The notes under the pieces were generated by a model. It had not been told where the DNA came from and made no database searches. It saw only the letters and a list, made by a program, of their open reading frames with translations. A stretch of 48,611 nt of DNA from an uncultured bacterium (GTDB taxonomy: Bacteria; Eisenbacteria; RBG-16-71-46; JABDJR01): assembly GCA_964424285.1 (NCBI GenBank), contig CAYRIJ010000002.1, positions 6,261-54,871 of the forward strand, read 5' to 3'. This document shows positions 43,843 to 48,611 of the stretch, piece by piece (the first letter of the stretch is position 1; every line of letters starts with the position of its first letter). The position numbers and the translations under genes are program-made.

Positions 43843-44870
43843 GCCGGTTGCTCTTCGAGGAGCCCTACCGCTTCTCGTTCCCGCAGCTGGTCCGCCTGCT
43901 CCTGGATCGCCGGGAAGGGGCGGCGCTCCCCGGTGAGGGAGGCCCTCCCGGGCGGGAGACCGTGCGGTTCCGGCCCGCCCTGAGCCTGGGCTTCCCCGAT
44001 GCCGACGTGGCGGGGGTGGAGCGGAGCGAGGACGCCTCGGCGGAGATCCCGGTTCGCTACCGGGTCACGGTGAACTTCTTCGGGCTCTACGGGCCCGCCT
44101 CGCCCATGCCCAACCACTTCACCGAGGATCTCCTGTGGGACGGGATCGACGCGCAGGGCCTCCGCGACTTCATCGATCTCTTCAACCACCGGTTCATCTC
44201 CTTCGTTTACCGGAGCTGGGTGAAGTACCGCTACCCGGTGCAGTACGGCGACGGGGGTCACGACGCCTTCACCGACCGTATGCTGTGCCTGGTCGGTCTG
44301 GGCACGCCGGGGATGAAGGAGTCCCTGGGGATTCCGTTTCCCCTGCTGCTCCGGGGAGCCGGGCTCCTGGGCGGCCACGCCCGTTCCGCCGCCGGCCTCC
44401 GGGGCTTTCTGGGCGACCAGTTCGAGGGGACCCCGGTGGAGGTGGAGTCCTTCCGCGACCGGACGGTGCCCATCCCCCCCGAGCAGATCCTCCGCCTGGG
44501 GTCGGCGAGCGCGCGGCTGGGCGACACCGCCTGCCTGGGGGAGAGGATCCACGACCGCACCGGTTCGTTTCGGGTGGTGCTGGGGCCGCTCGACGCCGCC
44601 GAGGCCTCGCGATTTCTTCCCGGCGGCGAGGAGTTCCGGCGACTCGTGCGCCTGGCCCGGTACTTCGTGAGCGACCCCCTGGATTTCGACGTGGCGCTCC
44701 GGGTGAAGCCGGAGGCCGTTCCTCCCCTCCGCCTGGGCGGGGATGAGAGCCGACCGCTGGGTGAAATGAGTTGGATCGTGCCCCGGGGGGATGAAGAGGG
44801 CCTGGTGGTCCTCTCCACACGGAGCGCCGACCCGGTGGCCGGGACGGCGGGCCCACTCCCGGCGCGCTGA
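43806..44870 (+). CDS. tssG: Type VI secretion baseplate protein TssG
   Basis: This is the C-terminal 354 aa of track ORF 42012..44870. The motif LLFEEPYRFSFPQLVRLL is typical of TssG/ImpH. GTG at 43806 has a GAGGAG RBS 5 nt upstream and overlaps the tssF end. TTG at 43848 is an alternative start. Confidence 0.85.
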   Translation: MAVEDRSENADLSRLLFEEPYRFSFPQLVRLLLDRREGAALPGEGGPPGRETVRFRPALSLGFPDADVAGVERSEDASAEIPVRYRVTVNFFGLYGPASPMPNHFTEDLLWDGIDAQGLRDFIDLFNHRFISFVYRSWVKYRYPVQYGDGGHDAFTDRMLCLVGLGTPGMKESLGIPFPLLLRGAGLLGGHARSAAGLRGFLGDQFEGTPVEVESFRDRTVPIPPEQILRLGSASARLGDTACLGERIHDRTGSFRVVLGPLDAAEASRFLPGGEEFRRLVRLARYFVSDPLDFDVALRVKPEAVPPLRLGGDESRPLGEMSWIVPRGDEEGLVVLSTRSADPVAGTAGPLPAR

Positions 44871-44935
44871 CGCAGCCTCCGCTCCCGGTTCGGCCGCGGC
44901 CGGACCCGGGGCGGTTTCCTGAAGGAGACGTTTCG

Positions 44936-47650
44936 ATGGACGTGGACATCAAAGGCCTTATCAACAAGCTGAACGGTCCCACCCGGCGGGCCCTGGAGGC
45001 CGCGGCGGGAAACTGCGTTTCCCGCGGCCACTACGAGGTCACCGCGGAGCACCTGCTCATGCAGTTCCTGGAGGATCCCTCCGGGGACGTGCAGGCGATC
45101 CTCCGGCACTTCGAGATCAACCCGGCGGGGATCCTGAAGACGGTGCAGCACGTGCTGGACCGGGTGCGGGCGGGGAACACCGGCCGCCCGGTCTTCTCGC
45201 CCCTCCTCCTGGGCTGGATCCAGGACGCCTGGCTCACGACCTCGGTGGACTACGGCGAGGACCGGGTCCGCTCCGGCGCGCTCTTCCTGGTCCTGGTGCA
45301 GAAGCCCGACCGCTTCACCGACGAGGACCTCTCCGGCTACCTGGACCCGATCCGGAAGGACGAGCTCAAGCGCGATCTCTACCGCATCACCGCCTCGAGC
45401 AGCGAACACGAGGCCCCGGGCGAGGGCGCGCCCCGGGCGCAGGGTCCGAGCCGTCCCGCCGACGAGACGGCCATCGGGCGGTTCATGATCGACTTCACCG
45501 AGCGGGCGCGGAAGGGGGAGATCGACCCGGTGTTCGGACGGGACCGGGAGATCCGGCAGATGATCGACATCCTGGCCCGGCGGCGGAAGAACAACCCCAT
45601 CGTGGTGGGGGAGCCGGGGGTGGGGAAGACCGCCGTTGTGGAGGGGCTGGCGCTCCGCATCGTGGAGGGGGACGTCCCCGACCTGCTCAAGAACGTGCGG
45701 CTCCTGACCCTGGACCTGGGGCTCCTCCAGGCGGGCGCGGGGGTGAAGGGTGAGTTCGAGAACCGCCTGAAGGCGGTGATCAGCGAGGTCAAGGGATCGC
45801 CGACCCCGGTGGTGACCTTCATCGACGAGGCCCATACGCTGATCGGGGCCGGCGGCTCGGCGGGCGGGGGCGACGCGGCCAATCTGCTGAAGCCCGCCCT
45901 GGCCCGGGGAGAGCTTCGCACCATCGCCGCCACCACCTGGTCCGAGTACAAGAAGTACTTCGAGAAGGATCCCGCCCTGGCCCGCCGCTTCCAGCTGGTG
46001 AAGCTGGACGAGCCGACGGAGGAGGACGCCATCCTCATCATGCGCGGGCTCCGCTCCAAGTACGAGGAGGCCCACGGGGTCCGGATCACCGACGAGGGAG
46101 TGGAGGCGGCGGCCCGCCTCTCCAGCCGCTACATCTCGGGGCGGCAGCTCCCGGACAAGGCGGTGGACCTCCTGGACACCGCGGCGGCGCGGGTGAAGAT
46201 CGCCCAGGCCACCAAGCCCGAGGCCCTGGACGCGGTGGAGCGGCGGATCCAGACCCTGGAGCGGGAGCGGAAGGCCCTAGCCGAGGATGAGGAGCTGGGA
46301 CGGGGGTCGAAGAAGGACCGGGCCGAGGCGCTTCAACACGAGCTGGCGGCCCTCGCCACCAGCCGGACCGAGCTCACCGCCCGCTGGGAGAAGGAGCGGG
46401 AGGCGGTGAACCACCTCCTGGAGCTTCGCAAGGCCTATCTGGGCCGGGACGCCGCGGCCGGGGCCGGGGGCGAAAAGGCCGCCAGCGCGAAGCCGGGGGC
46501 GGAAAAGCCCGGGGAGGGCGAGGCCGCTGCCGCCCCTCCGCCCAGGGTGACCCGGGAGGACTTGGACCGGGCCCTGGCCGGGCTCAGCGAGCTCCAGGGG
46601 AAGAACCCCCTCATCCCGGTGGAGGTCGACGCCGCGCTCGTCGCCGCGGTGATCAGCGACTGGACCGGGATCCCGGCCGGGAAGATGGTGCGGGACCAGG
46701 CCGCGCTGGTGCTCGATTTCCAGCGCCGCATGGCGGAGCGGATCAAGGGGCAGGACCACGCCATCGAGGCGGTGGACCGGGGGCTCCGGGCGTCCCACGC
46801 CGGGCTCAAGAACCCCAGCACGCCGATCGGGGTGTTCCTGTTCGTGGGGCCGAGCGGGGTGGGAAAGACCGAGGCCGCGCTCTCGGTGGCCGACCTCATG
46901 TTCGGGGGCGAGCGCTTCCTCACCACCATCAACATGTCCGAGTTCCAGGAGAAGCACACGGTGAGCCGGCTCATCGGGTCGCCCCCCGGCTACGTGGGCT
47001 ACGGGGAGGGGGGAGTGCTCACCGAGGCGGTCCGCCAACGCCCCTACTCGGTGGTGCTCCTGGACGAGGTGGAAAAGGCGGACCCCGAGGTGCTGAACCT
47101 CTTCTACCAGGTCTTCGACAAGGGGATGCTGGCCGACGGGGAAGGCCGGGTCATCGACTTCAAGAACACGGTGGTCTTCCTGACCAGCAACCTGGCCTCG
47201 GACGTGATCATGCAGATGTGCGGGGGGCCGGTGCCTCCCACCCTGGAGGAGGTCACCGGGGCCATCCGGCCCGTGCTCTCCCAGCACTTCAAGCCCGCGC
47301 TCCTGGCCCGGATGGAGATCGTTCCCTTCTACCCCCTGGCCGGCGAGTTCCTGAAGGAGATCATCCGGCTCAAGATGGGGAAGGTGGTGAACCGGCTCTG
47401 GGACAGCCATCGCATGATCCTGGAGACCGATCCCCGGGTGGAGGAGGTCATCGCCGCCCGGTGCACCGAAGTGGAGACCGGAGCCCGGAACATCGATCAC
47501 ATCATCCAGCAGACCCTGCTTCCCATGCTCTCCACCGCGCTCCTGGAGCGGATGTCGGAAGGCCCGCTTCCCGACCGGGTCCGGGTCACGGTGGGTGACG
47601 ACGAAGGCTTTGCCCTGGAGTTCGGGGGAGCGGCGAAGAAGGAGGCGTAG
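44936..47650 (+). CDS. clpV: Type VI secretion AAA+ ATPase ClpV (TssH)
   Basis: Clp N-domain. Two AAA modules with Walker A motifs GEPGVGKTA and GPSGVGKTE. The FIDEAHTLIGAG motif is present. AAGGAG RBS. Confidence 0.95.
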   Translation: MDVDIKGLINKLNGPTRRALEAAAGNCVSRGHYEVTAEHLLMQFLEDPSGDVQAILRHFEINPAGILKTVQHVLDRVRAGNTGRPVFSPLLLGWIQDAWLTTSVDYGEDRVRSGALFLVLVQKPDRFTDEDLSGYLDPIRKDELKRDLYRITASSSEHEAPGEGAPRAQGPSRPADETAIGRFMIDFTERARKGEIDPVFGRDREIRQMIDILARRRKNNPIVVGEPGVGKTAVVEGLALRIVEGDVPDLLKNVRLLTLDLGLLQAGAGVKGEFENRLKAVISEVKGSPTPVVTFIDEAHTLIGAGGSAGGGDAANLLKPALARGELRTIAATTWSEYKKYFEKDPALARRFQLVKLDEPTEEDAILIMRGLRSKYEEAHGVRITDEGVEAAARLSSRYISGRQLPDKAVDLLDTAAARVKIAQATKPEALDAVERRIQTLERERKALAEDEELGRGSKKDRAEALQHELAALATSRTELTARWEKEREAVNHLLELRKAYLGRDAAAGAGGEKAASAKPGAEKPGEGEAAAAPPPRVTREDLDRALAGLSELQGKNPLIPVEVDAALVAAVISDWTGIPAGKMVRDQAALVLDFQRRMAERIKGQDHAIEAVDRGLRASHAGLKNPSTPIGVFLFVGPSGVGKTEAALSVADLMFGGERFLTTINMSEFQEKHTVSRLIGSPPGYVGYGEGGVLTEAVRQRPYSVVLLDEVEKADPEVLNLFYQVFDKGMLADGEGRVIDFKNTVVFLTSNLASDVIMQMCGGPVPPTLEEVTGAIRPVLSQHFKPALLARMEIVPFYPLAGEFLKEIIRLKMGKVVNRLWDSHRMILETDPRVEEVIAARCTEVETGARNIDHIIQQTLLPMLSTALLERMSEGPLPDRVRVTVGDDEGFALEFGGAAKKEA

Positions 47651-47652
47651 TC

Positions 47653-48611
47653 ATGGCGATCATCCGTTCCACCCGGCAGGCCGATTTCTCCCTCGAGGTG
47701 GACGGCCTCCCCGCCGACGAGTTCCTGATCACCCGGTTCAGCGGTTACGAGGGGATCTCGACCCTCTATCGGTTCGAGATGGACCTCGCCTCCCGCGATC
47801 CCGGGATGGACTTCGACGAGGTGGTGGGGAAGGACGCGCTGCTCTCCCTCCAGAGCCAGTTCGGGGAGCGGCTGGTGCACGGCATGATCGCGCGGTTCGA
47901 GCAGCTCGGCCGGGGCCGGATGTACACCTACTACCGGGCCCGCCTGGTGCCGCGGCTGTGGCTGCTCCGCCTGCGCCGGCAGAGCCGCATCTTCCAGGAC
48001 ATGAGCGTTCCGCAGATCGTGGAGGAGGTGCTGACCCAGGCCGGGATCCCCTCGGACCTCTACGACGCGCAGCTCACCGGGAACTACGCCACCCGGGAGT
48101 ACTGCGTGCAGTACCGGGAGAGCGATTTCGACTTCCTGTGCCGGCTCCTGGAGGAAGAGGGCATCCACTACTTCTTCCGCCACGCCGAGGATTCCCACGT
48201 GCTGGTGACCGGCGACGCCCCGGAGTGCCACCCCGATCTGGCCGGCGATCCCGCCCTGGTGTACCGGGAGACCGAGTTCGGCACCATCCCCGGGAAAGAG
48301 GTGTCCCGGCTGCGGGTCCGGCGCGAGGCCCGGACCGGGAAGACCATGGTGCGGGACTACGACTTCAAGAAACCCACCCTGGATCTCTCGGCCACCGGCG
48401 AACTGTCCGACCCCGGCGACGAGGGGAGCTACGAGGACTACGACTATCCCGGGCGCTTCGCGGAGGTGTCGGCGGCCAAGGAGCGGGCCAAGGTGCGCCT
48501 GGCCGAGCACCGCACCGAGCGCGACCGCGGCCAGGGCCAGAGCAACTGCCGCCGGTTCGTCCCCGGCTCCCGCTTCACCCTGGAGGATCATCCCCGGATG
48601 GACTTCAACCG
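47653..48611 (+). CDS. vgrG: Type VI secretion spike protein VgrG (TssI), N-terminal 319 codons; the ORF is open at the window end
   Basis: This gene is not in the ORF track because no stop codon occurs before the window ends. My own translation from the ATG at 47653 gives MAIIRSTRQADFSLEVDGLP...STLYRFEMDL...YCVQYRESDFDFLCRLLEEEGIHYFF, the classic VgrG gp27-like N-terminus. Confidence 0.9.
   Translation, partial: MAIIRSTRQADFSLEVDGLPADEFLITRFSGYEGISTLYRFEMDLASRDPGMDFDEVVGKDALLSLQSQFGERLVHGMIARFEQLGRGRMYTYYRARLVPRLWLLRLRRQSRIFQDMSVPQIVEEVLTQAGIPSDLYDAQLTGNYATREYCVQYRESDFDFLCRLLEEEGIHYFFRHAEDSHVLVTGDAPECHPDLAGDPALVYRETEFGTIPGKEVSRLRVRREARTGKTMVRDYDFKKPTLDLSATGELSDPGDEGSYEDYDYPGRFAEVSAAKERAKVRLAEHRTERDRGQGQSNCRRFVPGSRFTLEDHPRMDFN

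Noticed and set aside
1-48611. Mobile elements, prophage genes, CRISPR arrays, toxin-antitoxin pairs, restriction or other known defence genes, and compositional islands
   Set aside because: I saw no transposase, integrase or recombinase motifs, no regularly spaced direct repeats and no nuclease or methylase signatures. By eye GC content is uniformly high, apart from short AT-rich promoter or UTR patches (about 13080-13110, 23577-23645, 28925-28950).

Overview
This is a very GC-rich bacterial chromosomal window. Third codon positions are almost all G/C, so most long antisense and alternate-frame ORFs in the supplied track are compositional artefacts. I support 43 protein-coding genes and found no rRNA, tRNA, CRISPR array, transposase or integrase. 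Contents from left to right: (1) The 3' end of uvrA and an M17 leucyl aminopeptidase (pepA). (2) A glycine-cleavage operon (gcvT-gcvH-gcvPA-gcvPB) that continues without real gaps into five uncharacterised genes: two small ORFs, a GlmL/MutL-family actin-fold ATPase, a partner protein of about 374 aa, and a DUF2270-like membrane protein. (3) A small 2-TM protein translationally coupled to a processive family-2 glycosyltransferase (PgaD/PgaC-like). (4) A tight four-gene operon (13134-16499) that encodes only membrane proteins with no motif I recognise. This is my best candidate for an undescribed system. (5) An Opp/Dpp-type ABC importer. (6) A cspA-like cold-shock gene. (7) An orphan membrane histidine kinase with a degenerate ATP-binding domain. 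(8) A minus-strand envelope operon: small TM protein, anchored protein, PEGA lipoprotein and CsgG-like/TPR protein. (9) Divergent from that operon, a complete type VI secretion cluster (tagH-C-like, tssJ, tssK, tssL, tssM, tagF, tssA, tssB, tssC, hcp, tssE, tssF, tssG, clpV, vgrG) that runs off the right edge. The vgrG ORF is open-ended and therefore missing from the ORF track. All functional calls rest on motifs read by eye and recalled family knowledge. No database search was run.
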